Source of the DNA: Candidatus Poribacteria bacterium
GTDB lineage: Bacteria > Poribacteria > WGA-4E > WGA-3G
Assembly: GCA_965242965.1 (NCBI GenBank)
Contig: OZ251518.1
Coordinates: 928,001 to 992,000, forward strand
Length of the DNA: 64,000 nucleotides
Direction: 5' to 3'
Part shown: one piece after another, positions 28,909 to 39,327 of the stretch
Layout of the letters: each line of letters begins with the position of its first letter
Numbering within the stretch: position 1 is the stretch's first letter
Translations under genes and position numbers: made by a program
Notes under the pieces: generated by a model
Told to the model about the DNA's origin: nothing
Seen by the model: the letters and a program-made list of their open reading frames with translations, nothing else
The model's database searches: none

Positions 28909-30873
28909 CTACGAACGGAAATTAAGATGCACAAACGCCGGTTCCAACTTCAACACATTCCGAATTGCTTCCAACGCCTTCGTCCGTTCGTTCGCCTTCA
29001 AAGCAACCAGGGCGAGGTGATAGTGCGCGTTGACATAATCACGCTGCAGACGAATGGCGCGGGATAGCGTGTTCATTGCGCGTTGCGTATGTCCGCGTTT
29101 TGCCAAGATCGAACCGAGTGTTGCGTGATACGCTGCGACATCTGGGTTGAGCGTCACCGCCTTGGCTGCCAATGCCTCGGCGAACCGCAGTTTCTGGCAG
29201 TACCGGCTGGCATTATCCGCAACGCTTTCGGAGCCGTGCAATGAATGCGTCGCTGCTGCTGCCATGGCGCGCACGGAAACCTCCGAGAGATTTGCGTAGA
29301 GTTGCGCGAGGTGATGATATGCCTGTCCATCGTTCGGGGTCAGCGCGATGGCTTGCGTGAATGCGGCTTGCGCATCCTTGGCGCGCCCTAACTTCAGGTA
29401 TGCCGTGCCGAGTCCGTTATAGGTTCTATAATCGGGCTGCCAAGGTTCTTGCACCGCTGCCTGGGCGAGAAACGGGGAGCGAGTATTCTGGGGTTGCGCC
29501 GCAATGAAGATTTCATACGCCGATGCAGCGAGCGCGTACTGGTTCTCCTTGAGATAGGCAGTGCCGAGTTTCTTGTAGAATTCAAGTGGCACCGGACCGA
29601 GGCGGCGGCCGAGTTCATACGAGTTAATCGCTTGCCGATAATAGCCTTCTTGCATGTAGAAATCGCCTTCGGCGAGGGAGCGTTTCACCTGGTCCGGTGC
29701 TTCCGTGACAGAGATGCCCATCCGAGTGAGTTGACTTATCTCCGTGCCACTTCTGCCTTGGAATCGGATAAGGCCAAGCGTTACTGCAATGAGGGTGCAC
29801 CACAGCAAGAGATAGGCTCGCGTGCGCGATACCCACTTTTTGGAGAGGTAGGCACTTGGATGCAACAGGAGTGCGAAGACATTTGGGCGCGGCGGTTCCG
29901 GCGGCGTGTCATCCCCTATCGTGCTGTGCCAAACCGCAGGTGCGCTCGGTGCCAACACCGGCAACGTCACAGGTTGTCCGACGATGCGCGATGCGCGTGA
30001 GATGGATTCCGAGAGATTTTCTAATTCTGCACTTTCTTCCAATTCTTCCAATGCGTTTTCTGTCTCTTTTTCCAATGCGTCTTCTGCATCTTCTTCCGAT
30101 TCGTCCAAAGTGTCACTCTCTGTCTCGGCTAGCACCGGTTCATCGGACAGACTCTCAACCCATTCCTCATAAAGATAACCCTCGGTAGTCGTCGGCGTAG
30201 TCTTTTCGGCAGGTTCTGCTGTGTGCGCTTCCTGAACGATTTCCTCTGGTTGCTGTTCGTCCACCGGCGAATCGGCATGCCGCTCCGTTGTTTCTGGCAC
30301 TTCTTGAGCGGTTTCGTCTGCAGTCTCAAAATCAAGTTCCGGTAACTCGGTATCGGTGTCCGGCGCAAACACCATCTCAACATATTCAGAGGTATCCTCT
30401 TCTTCAAGGGGTTCTGTTTTCTCTGTGTGAGGCTCCTGCGTTCTTTCCGATGGTTCTATCTCCGGAGACGTAGGTTCTCCCTCCGGAAAGCGCGCCTCAA
30501 GCCGTGCGATGCTCTTCGATGCCTCCATCCGTGTGAGCAGTGAATCCACGTTCTGGAACGCTTGCAGTGCCGGGAGCACACGCGGCGTGCCGAGTTCCGC
30601 CAATGCCTCCATCATCGCCCAAGCCGTTAAGTCGTTCGGCTCCCTTTCCAACGCGTGGCGGAGTGGTTCGGTGGCAGTAGTGGCGTTCAGCTGCTGGAGT
30701 GCTTTCGTCGCCTCGCGCCGCACCGTCGAATCGGTGTCCGCGAGCGCATCAACGAAAAACGGCACCACCTTCGCATCGCCTTGCGCGACGAGATTTGCAA
30801 TAGCCGTCCGGCGCACACCACTCGGCTGCGTCGCATCTGTTAACTGTTGGATGTGTTGCTCAAAAGATGACAT
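28909..30873 (-). CDS. HEAT-repeat / acidic linker / TM / TPR protein
   Basis: N-terminal PBS-HEAT repeats (LAD.DSTVRREA..AL), E-rich linker, one TM, C-terminal TPRs (YNGLGTAYLKLG..DA..AF..AI). Confidence 0.8.
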   Translation of the reverse strand: MSSFEQHIQQLTDATQPSGVRRTAIANLVAQGDAKVVPFFVDALADTDSTVRREATKALQQLNATTATEPLRHALEREPNDLTAWAMMEALAELGTPRVLPALQAFQNVDSLLTRMEASKSIARLEARFPEGEPTSPEIEPSERTQEPHTEKTEPLEEEDTSEYVEMVFAPDTDTELPELDFETADETAQEVPETTERHADSPVDEQQPEEIVQEAHTAEPAEKTTPTTTEGYLYEEWVESLSDEPVLAETESDTLDESEEDAEDALEKETENALEELEESAELENLSESISRASRIVGQPVTLPVLAPSAPAVWHSTIGDDTPPEPPRPNVFALLLHPSAYLSKKWVSRTRAYLLLWCTLIAVTLGLIRFQGRSGTEISQLTRMGISVTEAPDQVKRSLAEGDFYMQEGYYRQAINSYELGRRLGPVPLEFYKKLGTAYLKENQYALAASAYEIFIAAQPQNTRSPFLAQAAVQEPWQPDYRTYNGLGTAYLKLGRAKDAQAAFTQAIALTPNDGQAYHHLAQLYANLSEVSVRAMAAAATHSLHGSESVADNASRYCQKLRFAEALAAKAVTLNPDVAAYHATLGSILAKRGHTQRAMNTLSRAIRLQRDYVNAHYHLALVALKANERTKALEAIRNVLKLEPAFVHLNFRS

Positions 30874-31005
30874 TTTTGTATTTCGTAGTGCGTTATGAAA
30901 AACAGAATTGCTTTAAGGGCTATCGGGGGCTATCGGTTTGTGCTTCCGAGAGATGGCAAACCAATTAACAAAACGCAATTATCCCACGAAACGATACAAT
31001 TTTTC

Positions 31006-31034
31006 TTGACATTTGCACGCGAATGCTTTATTAT
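31006..31034 (+). promoter_or_regulatory. sigma70-type promoter
   Basis: TTGACA-17bp-TATTAT. Confidence 0.65.
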
Positions 31035-31116
31035 CTAATAAAATAGACGCAAATGCCAGAATTCCCCACAGGATTTGTTCGGCATCATAAACACATTAGC
31101 GCATAGGAGAAATTTT

Positions 31117-32682
31117 ATGAAAAACACGACACTCTTCGTCGCGATTTTCGTGGCACTGGCATGGCTGCCGATGCATGCCATGCCAAGCGGCGGCACCCTC
31201 ATTTTCGGGCGTGGCGGCGATTCCATCGGGCTGGACCCGGGACACGAAATGGACGGCGAATCCTTCAAAGTCTGCGACAATATTTACGATACCCTCGTCC
31301 AATACAAAACTGAAAATACTGAACTGGAGCCCGGCCTCGCCGAATCATGGGAAAGCACCGAGGACGGGCTCACCTGGAGGTTTCACCTCCGGCGCGGTGT
31401 GACGTTCCACGATGGCACGCCTTTCAACGCCGATGCCGTCCTCTTCTCGCTCAACCGCCAGCACGATGCAACGCATCCGTATCATAACGTCGGCGGAATC
31501 TACGGCTATTGGATTGAAACCGGTTTGGCGGAGTTGGTGGATACAATCACCGCGCCGGATGAATTCACGGTGGAAATTCGGATTAAAAAACCTTACGCGC
31601 CGTTTATCTACACGATGGCGATGACACCTTTTGCCATTGTTAGCCCGACGGCGGCGCAGAAATGGGGCGACGATTTTACCAACCACCCTGTCGGCACCGG
31701 CCCGTTTCAGTTTGCGCGATGGGACAGGAACGATAAAATCGTGCTTACCGCGAACGATGACTATTGGAATGGGCGGCCGCAATTAGATAGGCTCATTTTT
31801 CGCGCCATTCCTGATAACGCCGTTCGGTTCATCAAACTCCAGAACGGCAGTCTGCACGCGATGCAGTTTCCGAACCCCGATGATCTGGTGCAAATCCGCG
31901 ATGATGATACGCTTGAGCTCATCGCAAAACCGGGCATGAGCGTCGGGTATCTGGCGATGAACATGGATAAGCCGCCGTTTGACAACCTCAAGGTGCGGCT
32001 CGCGATAAACCACGCAGTTAACAAAGCGGCGATTATTGAACATCTGTATCAAGGCACCGGTATCCCGGCGAAAAACCCGATTCCGCCGACACTCTGGGGT
32101 TACGATGACTCCATTGAAGATTACGACTACAATCCGGAGAAAGCGAAACACCTCCTCGTTGAGGCGGGGTATCCCGATGGGTTTGAGACGACGCTCTGGG
32201 CCCTGCCTGTCCCGCGTCCCTATATTCCCGATGGGCGCGCGCTCGCCGAAGTGTTACAGTCCGACTTACGGCGCATCGGCATTAAGGCGAAAATTGTCAC
32301 GTTTGACTGGGGGACGTATCTGGAAAAAACCAAGCAAGGCGAGCACGACATGGTGCTTTTAGGATGGTTCGCTGACTTCGGTGACCCGGACAATTTCCTC
32401 TACTATCTGTTGAGCAAAACCGCCGCCCAAAAACCGGCAGGAAACGTTGCGTTTTACCGCAGCGATGAGATGCAGGAGGTGCTTGACAAGGCACGCGCCA
32501 CCACGCATCGCGAGGAACGCGTCGCGCTCTATCAACAAGCGCAGGCGATATTCCATCGTGATGTGCCTTGGGTGCCACTTGCGCACGCGCAGCAGATTTT
32601 GGTGATAAATAAAAAAGTCAAGAATCTTGAGTTGCATCCGTTAACGTGGAAATACCTCCGGCACGTCTCGCTGGAAAAATAG
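31117..32682 (+). CDS. ABC transporter peptide-binding protein (SBP family 5, DppA-like)
   Basis: IYDTLV, PGLAESW, FHLRRGVTFHDGTPFNADAV, PVGTGPF, GW..D.GDPDNF; start trimmed to ATG 31117. Confidence 0.92.
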   Translation: MKNTTLFVAIFVALAWLPMHAMPSGGTLIFGRGGDSIGLDPGHEMDGESFKVCDNIYDTLVQYKTENTELEPGLAESWESTEDGLTWRFHLRRGVTFHDGTPFNADAVLFSLNRQHDATHPYHNVGGIYGYWIETGLAELVDTITAPDEFTVEIRIKKPYAPFIYTMAMTPFAIVSPTAAQKWGDDFTNHPVGTGPFQFARWDRNDKIVLTANDDYWNGRPQLDRLIFRAIPDNAVRFIKLQNGSLHAMQFPNPDDLVQIRDDDTLELIAKPGMSVGYLAMNMDKPPFDNLKVRLAINHAVNKAAIIEHLYQGTGIPAKNPIPPTLWGYDDSIEDYDYNPEKAKHLLVEAGYPDGFETTLWALPVPRPYIPDGRALAEVLQSDLRRIGIKAKIVTFDWGTYLEKTKQGEHDMVLLGWFADFGDPDNFLYYLLSKTAAQKPAGNVAFYRSDEMQEVLDKARATTHREERVALYQQAQAIFHRDVPWVPLAHAQQILVINKKVKNLELHPLTWKYLRHVSLEK

Positions 32683-32698
32683 GAGAAAATGACGACTG

Positions 32699-34450
32699 AT
32701 GAAACACCCGTTTTTTTTCATTTTAACCCTCAGTTTGTCCCTGATGTTTTTAACGCTAGGGCACGCGGCGGGGCCCGACGTGAACGCCGACGGGGTTGTC
32801 AATATCCTCGATTTAACCCTCGTCGTATCACACCTCGGTCAGAATATACCGGCGACGCAACGGCCGAATCCCGATGCTAACGGCGACGGCATCGTAGATA
32901 TTCGCGACCTGCAGTTTGTCGCCCTACACTTCGGTGAGGCGGTGGGCCTCAGTGCCGGCGGCACTTTAATCTTCGGGCGCGGCGGCGATTCCATCGGGCT
33001 GGACCCGGGGCATGCAACCGAAGGCGAATCCATCAAAGTCTGCGACAATATCTACGATACTCTCGTGCAGTATAGCGCAGGGATAACCGAACTTGAACCG
33101 GCCCTCGCCGAATCGTGGGTAAACTCTGCAGATGGCCTCACGTGGACGTTTCACCTCCGGCGCGGTGTGACGTTTCACGATGGCACGCCTTTCAACGCCG
33201 ATGCCGTCCTCTTCTCGCTCAACCGCCAGCACGAACCGACGCATCCGTTCCACAACGTCGGCGGTGCCTATTACCAGTGGGAAAGCATTGGTTTAAGCGA
33301 CATCGTGGATAAAATTACCGCGCTTGACGAATTCACCGTTCAGTTCCATCTCCATCGGATGCATGCGCCGTTCATCTACGACATCGCCTCAACGCAGTTT
33401 GCGATTGTCAGTCCGACAGCCCTGCAACGATGGGGAGAGGCATTCGCTGAACACCCGGTAGGTACCGGTCCGTTCAAGTTTGTGCAGTGGGCTCGGAACG
33501 ATAAAATCGTGTTAGAGGCGAACGATGCCTATTGGGGCGGCCGCCCGGTTTTAGATAGAGTGATTTTCCGCGCTATTCCAAACAACTCGGTGAGACTTCT
33601 GGAACTCCAGAACGGCAATCTGCACGTGATGGAATTTCCTAACCCCGATGACTTGCCGCAGATTCAGCAGGACGCGCGGCTGGAACTCGTCATGCAATCA
33701 GGGTTGAACGTCGGTTACCTTGGCATGAATATGGACAGACCGCCGTTTGACAACCTGAAAGTGCGGCAAGCAATAAATCATGCGATTAACAAGATGGCAA
33801 TCGTGGAGCAGCTCTACCAAGGCACAGCCATCCCGGCGAAAGTGCCGATTCCACCGACGCTCTGGAGTTATGACGATACAATCGAAGATGTCCCCTATAA
33901 TCCTGCACTCGCCAAGCAACTTTTGGCAGAGGCGGGGTATCCCGATGGGTTTGAAACGACACTCTGGGCCCTGCCTGTCCCGCGGCCCTATATTCCGGAT
34001 GGGCGCATGCTGGCAGTCGCGCTTCAATCCGATTTGCGGAACGTTGGCATTGACGCGGAGATTGTTACGTTTGACTGGGTAACCTATCTCGACAAAACCC
34101 GAAACGGGGAACACGACATGGCTCTTTTGGGATGGATTGCTGATACAGCGGACCCGGATACGTTTTTCTTTCCGCTGCTGAGCAAAACCGCCGCCCAAAA
34201 ACCGGCATGGAATATCGCGTTTTATCGCAACGATGAGATGCAAGAGGTGTTGGAGCAAGCGAGGACAGGGACGACGCAGGCGGAACGTATCGCGCTGTAT
34301 CAGCAGGCACAAGCGATATTCCATCGGGACGCGCCCTGGGTGCCGATAGCGCATGCACAACGGCTGCTCGTGATTAACAGGAATGTCAAGAACCTGCAGC
34401 TCCCATCTTTGCAGTGGAAATATCTTCGGCACGTCTCTTTAACCGACTAG
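32699..34450 (+). CDS. DppA-like SBP with N-terminal dockerin-like domain
   Basis: DVNADGVVNILDL and DANGDGIVDIRDL pair, then close paralog of the upstream SBP. Confidence 0.9.
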   Translation: MKHPFFFILTLSLSLMFLTLGHAAGPDVNADGVVNILDLTLVVSHLGQNIPATQRPNPDANGDGIVDIRDLQFVALHFGEAVGLSAGGTLIFGRGGDSIGLDPGHATEGESIKVCDNIYDTLVQYSAGITELEPALAESWVNSADGLTWTFHLRRGVTFHDGTPFNADAVLFSLNRQHEPTHPFHNVGGAYYQWESIGLSDIVDKITALDEFTVQFHLHRMHAPFIYDIASTQFAIVSPTALQRWGEAFAEHPVGTGPFKFVQWARNDKIVLEANDAYWGGRPVLDRVIFRAIPNNSVRLLELQNGNLHVMEFPNPDDLPQIQQDARLELVMQSGLNVGYLGMNMDRPPFDNLKVRQAINHAINKMAIVEQLYQGTAIPAKVPIPPTLWSYDDTIEDVPYNPALAKQLLAEAGYPDGFETTLWALPVPRPYIPDGRMLAVALQSDLRNVGIDAEIVTFDWVTYLDKTRNGEHDMALLGWIADTADPDTFFFPLLSKTAAQKPAWNIAFYRNDEMQEVLEQARTGTTQAERIALYQQAQAIFHRDAPWVPIAHAQRLLVINRNVKNLQLPSLQWKYLRHVSLTD

Positions 34451-34501
34451 AAACCGGTAGGCGCGGTTTCAAATGCGGGCTACACAAACTATTGGAACAT
34501 C

Positions 34502-35557
34502 ATGAAAAAAGAGTTTTCTATCGGTGTCACGCGTGACTTCCTGAAACCTGACGGCACCTCCGATTTTGACACTATCGGTGCACCCGCCTTTGACAACGCC
34601 GGCTTGCACTGGGAATATCTGCCAACTCTGCCAACTCTGTCAACTCTGCCAACGTTGACTTCTACCCTCACCGCGGCGCAGGTGGAGAATTACGACGCGC
34701 TTTTAGTGCTCGGCGCAGGCGTTACCGCTGAAACGGTTAGCGGTGCGGATAGACTGGCAATTATCGCGCGGTTCGGCGTAGGTTACGATAAAGTCGATGT
34801 GGCGGCATGCACCGAAAACGGCGTTTTGCTAACAATCGCGCCCGATGGTGTGCGCCGCCCGGTGGCCACGTCTATCATCACGTTTGTCCTCGCGCTGAGC
34901 CATCAGCTGCTCATCAAGGATAGGCTGACTCGCGGCGATGGCTGGGCACACAAACAAGATTACATGGGCATGGGACTCGTCGGACGAACGTTGGGGCTCG
35001 TCGGCATGGGCAATATCGGCGCGGAGGTATTCCGACTCGCGCAACCTTTCGGCATGCGGCACATCGCGTCCGACCCTTACGTTTCAACCGCTGATGCAGA
35101 AGCACTCAACGTTGAACTCGTTGAATTGGATACGTTGATGCAAACCGCCGATTTCGTCTGCGTCTGTTGTCCCTTGACGGCTCAGACGCGCGGGCTTATT
35201 AATGCGCGCCGCATCGGGCTGATGAAACCTGCCGCGTATCTGATTAACACTGCCCGCGGTCCCATCGTTGACGAGGGTGCACTCACCGATGCCCTACGTC
35301 ATCGGCGTATCCAAGGCGCGGGACTTGATGTCTTTGAGGAAGAACCCATCGATGCCGCCAACCCGCTCTTGGAATTGGAAAACGTCATCGTCACGCCGCA
35401 CAGTATCTGTTGGACAGACGAGTGCTTCCAACGTATCAGTCAGAGCGCGTGTGATAGCATCGCGCGCGTCGCCGCTGGGCAACTGCCATCTTGGATTGTG
35501 AATTCCGCTGTGGTAGATAGCCCAAAACTTCATGAGAAATTGAATCGGTGGCAGTAA
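34502..35557 (+). CDS. D-isomer specific 2-hydroxyacid dehydrogenase
   Basis: RFGVGYD, GMGNIG, INTARG, LDVFEEEP, TPH. Confidence 0.92.
   Translation: MKKEFSIGVTRDFLKPDGTSDFDTIGAPAFDNAGLHWEYLPTLPTLSTLPTLTSTLTAAQVENYDALLVLGAGVTAETVSGADRLAIIARFGVGYDKVDVAACTENGVLLTIAPDGVRRPVATSIITFVLALSHQLLIKDRLTRGDGWAHKQDYMGMGLVGRTLGLVGMGNIGAEVFRLAQPFGMRHIASDPYVSTADAEALNVELVELDTLMQTADFVCVCCPLTAQTRGLINARRIGLMKPAAYLINTARGPIVDEGALTDALRHRRIQGAGLDVFEEEPIDAANPLLELENVIVTPHSICWTDECFQRISQSACDSIARVAAGQLPSWIVNSAVVDSPKLHEKLNRWQ
34619..34654 (+). repeat. In-frame 9-bp tandem repeat x4
   Basis: CTGCCAACT units encoding LPTLPTLSTLPT. Confidence 0.9.
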
Positions 35558-35648
35558 AAAGAAAATAAGACGTAGGGCGAGGCTTGTCCCTCGCCATGGC
35601 AATCGCGACGGGTAGGAGAGACCTCCCGGTCTCGATGCCCTTTAAACT

Positions 35649-35903
35649 GAGGGTGTTTCATAACTCCGGTTCGGTATTTATCCCGCCTTGGAGGGTAGGC
35701 GAATCCAGGAAGCATTGGGCCCATCTCTGTAGTTCGGGAGCGCCCGCTCCCGAACGGATCAGGATCAGGCGATCCTGAACTACAGGGCCTGGCGCACGAA
35801 CGATGGCGAGGGACAGGCCCTCGCCCTACGTGAGGGGGCGGCGTTCTTTCACCGTAGCGCGGGGCCTATCACCGCGACGTTGAGAGAGTTATGAAACACC
35901 CTC
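35649..35903. mobile_element. Most compact complete MITE-like copy (255 bp)
   Basis: Perfect TIRs GAGGGTGTTTCATAACTC/GAGTTATGAAACACCCTC; flanks TTTAAACT/TCTAAACT; extra REPs at 35570-35640. Confidence 0.8.
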
Positions 35904-35928
35904 TCTAAACTAGGAAATACGAAAAAAA

Positions 35929-37065
35929 ATGGCACATGCATACACCCCCGGACTCAAAGTTACCGCGGGCATGACAATCCAAAAAGAACGCCGACTTCCG
36001 CTTCAAGGCGAGGTGCTTGTGCAAGTCGGCGATGCTGTCAACGCCGAAGATGTTGTCGCGAAGGCGGATTTGCCCGGCAACGTGCAGTTGTTGAACGTCG
36101 CGAATCTGCTCAGCGTCCCCGCCGGTGAAGTCGCCGAATACATGATAAAACCGATAGGCGCGTCGGTTGAGAAGGACGAGATTATCGCGATGACGAAAGG
36201 GCTTTTTGGGCTCTTCAAATCGCAGGCGCGCTCTCCGATTGACGGCGAGATCGAATCCGTATCCGATGTTACCGGCCAGGTCATTTTGCGAGAACCGCCG
36301 ATGCCAGTGGCAGTGAAGGCTTACGCGGACGGTGCGATAACGGAAATCGTGCCGCAGGAAGGCGTTACCCTAGAAACCTACGGCACCTATATCCAAGGCA
36401 TCTTCGGCGTTGGCGGTGAGACGATAGGCACACTCGTCGTTGTTGCGGATGCGCCCGGCGATACCTTGACAGCGGCACAAATCCAAGAGACGCATCGCGA
36501 CAAGATTCTGGTAGGCGGTTCACTCGTAACAACCGATGCAATTCAAAAAGCGATTGGCCTCGGTGTCAAAGGCATCATCGCAGGCGGTATTGATGACGCA
36601 GACCTGCGTGAACTCCTCGGTTACGAACTTGGGGTGGCAATTACCGGTTCCGAAGATATCGGCATCACGCTCGTGATTACCGAGGGGTTCGGCAGCATCG
36701 CGATGGCGGAACAAACGTTCTCGCTTCTCAAATCGCGCGCGGGGATGAAAACTTCGATCAACGGTGCAACGCAGATCCGGGCCGGTGTCGTGAGACCGGA
36801 GATACTCATTCCGTTAGCCTCACAGTCAGATGCTCCTGCTGGCGGCGAGCCCGCGGAAAGCACCGAGGGCATTTTACAGGTGGGCAGTCCCGTGCGCGTT
36901 ATACGGGAGCCCTATTTTGGAAAATTAGGGCGCGTCCTTGCCTTGCCGGTAGAACTCCAACAATTGGAAACGGAGGCAGAGGTGCGGGTGTTGGAGATTG
37001 CGCTTGAAGATGGGCAGGCAGTGACGTTGCCTCGCGCGAATGTTGAAGCAATCGAGGCAGGTTAA
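35929..37065 (+). CDS. Conserved hypothetical protein with barrel-sandwich hybrid motifs and C-terminal KOW/SH3-like domain
   Basis: GEVLVQVGDAV, ARSPIDGEI, TQIRAGVVRPE, VGSPVRVIREPYFG. Confidence 0.75.
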   Translation: MAHAYTPGLKVTAGMTIQKERRLPLQGEVLVQVGDAVNAEDVVAKADLPGNVQLLNVANLLSVPAGEVAEYMIKPIGASVEKDEIIAMTKGLFGLFKSQARSPIDGEIESVSDVTGQVILREPPMPVAVKAYADGAITEIVPQEGVTLETYGTYIQGIFGVGGETIGTLVVVADAPGDTLTAAQIQETHRDKILVGGSLVTTDAIQKAIGLGVKGIIAGGIDDADLRELLGYELGVAITGSEDIGITLVITEGFGSIAMAEQTFSLLKSRAGMKTSINGATQIRAGVVRPEILIPLASQSDAPAGGEPAESTEGILQVGSPVRVIREPYFGKLGRVLALPVELQQLETEAEVRVLEIALEDGQAVTLPRANVEAIEAG

Positions 37066-38391
37066 ATGAACACTATTTTATCGCAAATGCCCATCGATTT
37101 GGGCGATAATCTACTCCTCCGATTCGCGACGTTGGAGGATATTGACGCGCTTGCCGATTTCAACGCTCGCCTCCACGAAGGCGAAGATAATGCGGTGTCT
37201 ACTCGCGACCTGATGTCTGGGGCGCATCCTACTTGCAAGGCAAGCGATTTCACCGTCGTTGAAGATACGCAGACAGGGGAGCTCGTCTCATCAGCGTGCC
37301 TTATCTCGCAGACATGGACATACAGCGGGATTCCGTTTCCACTGGGCAGACCGGAATTTGTCGCCACCGAGGCGGCGTATCGGCGGCGCGGGTTAGTCCG
37401 GAAGCAGTTTGATGTCATTCACGCGCTCAGTGAGGCGCGCGGCGAACTAATGCAGGGTATCACCGGTATCCCATGGTATTATCGCCTGTTCGGTTATGAA
37501 ATGGCACTGGATATTGAGGCAGAACGCACCATTGACGCGCTCCACATCCCCAAGTTGAGAATTGGGCAAACCGAGACATATCGCCTCCGTCCGCGCGAGG
37601 ATTCGGACAACGCTTTTATTCAGGAGGTTTATGAAAACGCAATGGAAAAAAGCCTCTTCGCCTGTCAGCGTTCACCGGCAATGTGGAAGTATGAATTCAA
37701 CGGACGTTCCGAAGGTAACGGAGACTCGGTGAAGTGGCAGATTATTGAAGATATGGCAGGCACTCGGCTTGGGTATGTGCAATATTTCCCGTGGCATTTT
37801 GATAACTTCCTCGTCAGGCAGTTGGAGCGCAAACCGGGGGTAGGCTATTTGTCGCTGATGCCATCGCTGTTGCGAGAGTTGTGGGCATTGGCGAAACAAA
37901 CGCCTCCCGCGAATCAGACAGAGTGCGAGAAACCTACCGGTGTGCAGTTCATGCTAGGGCGCGAACATCCCGCCTATTCGGCGTTACCAAAAGATGTCAC
38001 CCGCATCGGTGAGCCGTATGCGTGGTTTATCCGAGTGCCGGATTTAATCGCATTCCTGCGGCATATCCAACCCGCGCTGGAGAAACACCTCATCGGCACG
38101 GTAGCGGAAGGCTACACCGGTGAATTGAAACTTAACCTCTATCGGAGCGGTTTGCACCTGAAATTTTACCACGGCCGGATGACAACTATCGCCGAGTGGC
38201 GCGCGGATTCAGTGGAAGATGGAGATGCCGCCTTCCCGGAGCTCACCTTTTTGCAACTGCTCTGTGGCAGGTGCCGCACCGATGAATTAATCGCCAGATT
38301 CGTCGATTGCTGGGCGAACAACACAGCATCCGTGTTGCTTGACTGCCTATTCCCTCCGTTTGCGGGCGAAGTGTGGCGAGTGGACTCTTGA
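37066..38391 (+). CDS. GNAT N-acetyltransferase (Eis-like)
   Basis: EFVAT..AYRRRGLVR, GIPWYYRLFGYE; SCP2-like C-terminus. Confidence 0.82.
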   Translation: MNTILSQMPIDLGDNLLLRFATLEDIDALADFNARLHEGEDNAVSTRDLMSGAHPTCKASDFTVVEDTQTGELVSSACLISQTWTYSGIPFPLGRPEFVATEAAYRRRGLVRKQFDVIHALSEARGELMQGITGIPWYYRLFGYEMALDIEAERTIDALHIPKLRIGQTETYRLRPREDSDNAFIQEVYENAMEKSLFACQRSPAMWKYEFNGRSEGNGDSVKWQIIEDMAGTRLGYVQYFPWHFDNFLVRQLERKPGVGYLSLMPSLLRELWALAKQTPPANQTECEKPTGVQFMLGREHPAYSALPKDVTRIGEPYAWFIRVPDLIAFLRHIQPALEKHLIGTVAEGYTGELKLNLYRSGLHLKFYHGRMTTIAEWRADSVEDGDAAFPELTFLQLLCGRCRTDELIARFVDCWANNTASVLLDCLFPPFAGEVWRVDS

Positions 38392-38395
38392 CGCA

Positions 38396-38965
38396 ATGAC
38401 GACGCAATCCCATGCCATTATCAATCTCGCGCTCCTCTCTCGGCAAGGAGAGCCGTATCTCCACCGTTACGCCTTAATAGGCGCGATTCTCCCAGACCTG
38501 GCGATGTTCATTTTCTTCGCCGTTGAGACGTTTGTTCGCCGAACACCGCAGCAGGAACTCTGGAGTCAGCGGTATTTCATGCCGGCGTGGCAGAACTTCT
38601 TCGACTTCTTCAATTCTATCCCGCTCATCCTGCTCGTGCTAGGGTTCGGCTATTTCCTTGTGAAATCGGAGAAGATAACGGTGTTGGCATGGAGCATGCT
38701 CATCCACTGCGGCTTTGACTTTTTCCTGCACAACGATGATGCACACCATCACTTTTTTCCGCTATCCGACTTCGCCTTCCAAAGTCCTGTCTCTTATTGG
38801 GATGCTGCGCATTACGGGCACATTGTCGCGCCGATTGAGGTCTTGGTGACACTCGCGGTTTCGGTTTATCTGTTTCGGCGGTTGCAAACGCGGGCAAGCC
38901 GGTGGGTTTTGGGAGGCGTGAATGTTTTTTCGGTGGCGGGTTATTTCGTTTTTACGTTGACTTAA
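38396..38965 (+). CDS. Membrane-bound metal-dependent hydrolase-like protein
   Basis: SH, GAILPDL, IH..FD.FLH..DAHHHFFPLS; hydrophobic segments. Confidence 0.72.
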   Translation: MTTQSHAIINLALLSRQGEPYLHRYALIGAILPDLAMFIFFAVETFVRRTPQQELWSQRYFMPAWQNFFDFFNSIPLILLVLGFGYFLVKSEKITVLAWSMLIHCGFDFFLHNDDAHHHFFPLSDFAFQSPVSYWDAAHYGHIVAPIEVLVTLAVSVYLFRRLQTRASRWVLGGVNVFSVAGYFVFTLT

Positions 38966-39001
38966 AATCCGCTTTTCTCCTATAATATCGTAAACTGTAA
39001 T

Positions 39002-39270
39002 GAGGGTGTTTCATAAATCGCTCAATGTTGCGGTGACATGCCCCGCGCTAAAAAAACGCCGCCCCTTCACGTAGGGCGAGGGCCCTCGGATGCCACACGC
39101 GCATGCGAGCGGGTTTCCCTCGCCATGCATTTGGCTGGCAGACCGCCTCATCCCTATAGTTCAAGATCGTCTGAAGCTCTGGCACATTTGCCAAGCGATC
39201 TTGACCCGTTCGGGAGCAGGCGCTCCCGAACTACAGAGGTGGGCCCGATGCGCGGCACCCCCGCGCTTTT
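39002..39270. repeat. REP cluster starting with a single MITE terminus
   Basis: GAGGGTGTTTCATAA at 39002 then GTAG hairpins. Confidence 0.85.
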
Positions 39271-39327
39271 CTAGAGGCAGTTAAGAACCTCGTCGAAACC
39301 CGCCTGAAAAAGGCGAAGAGTTAGTTT

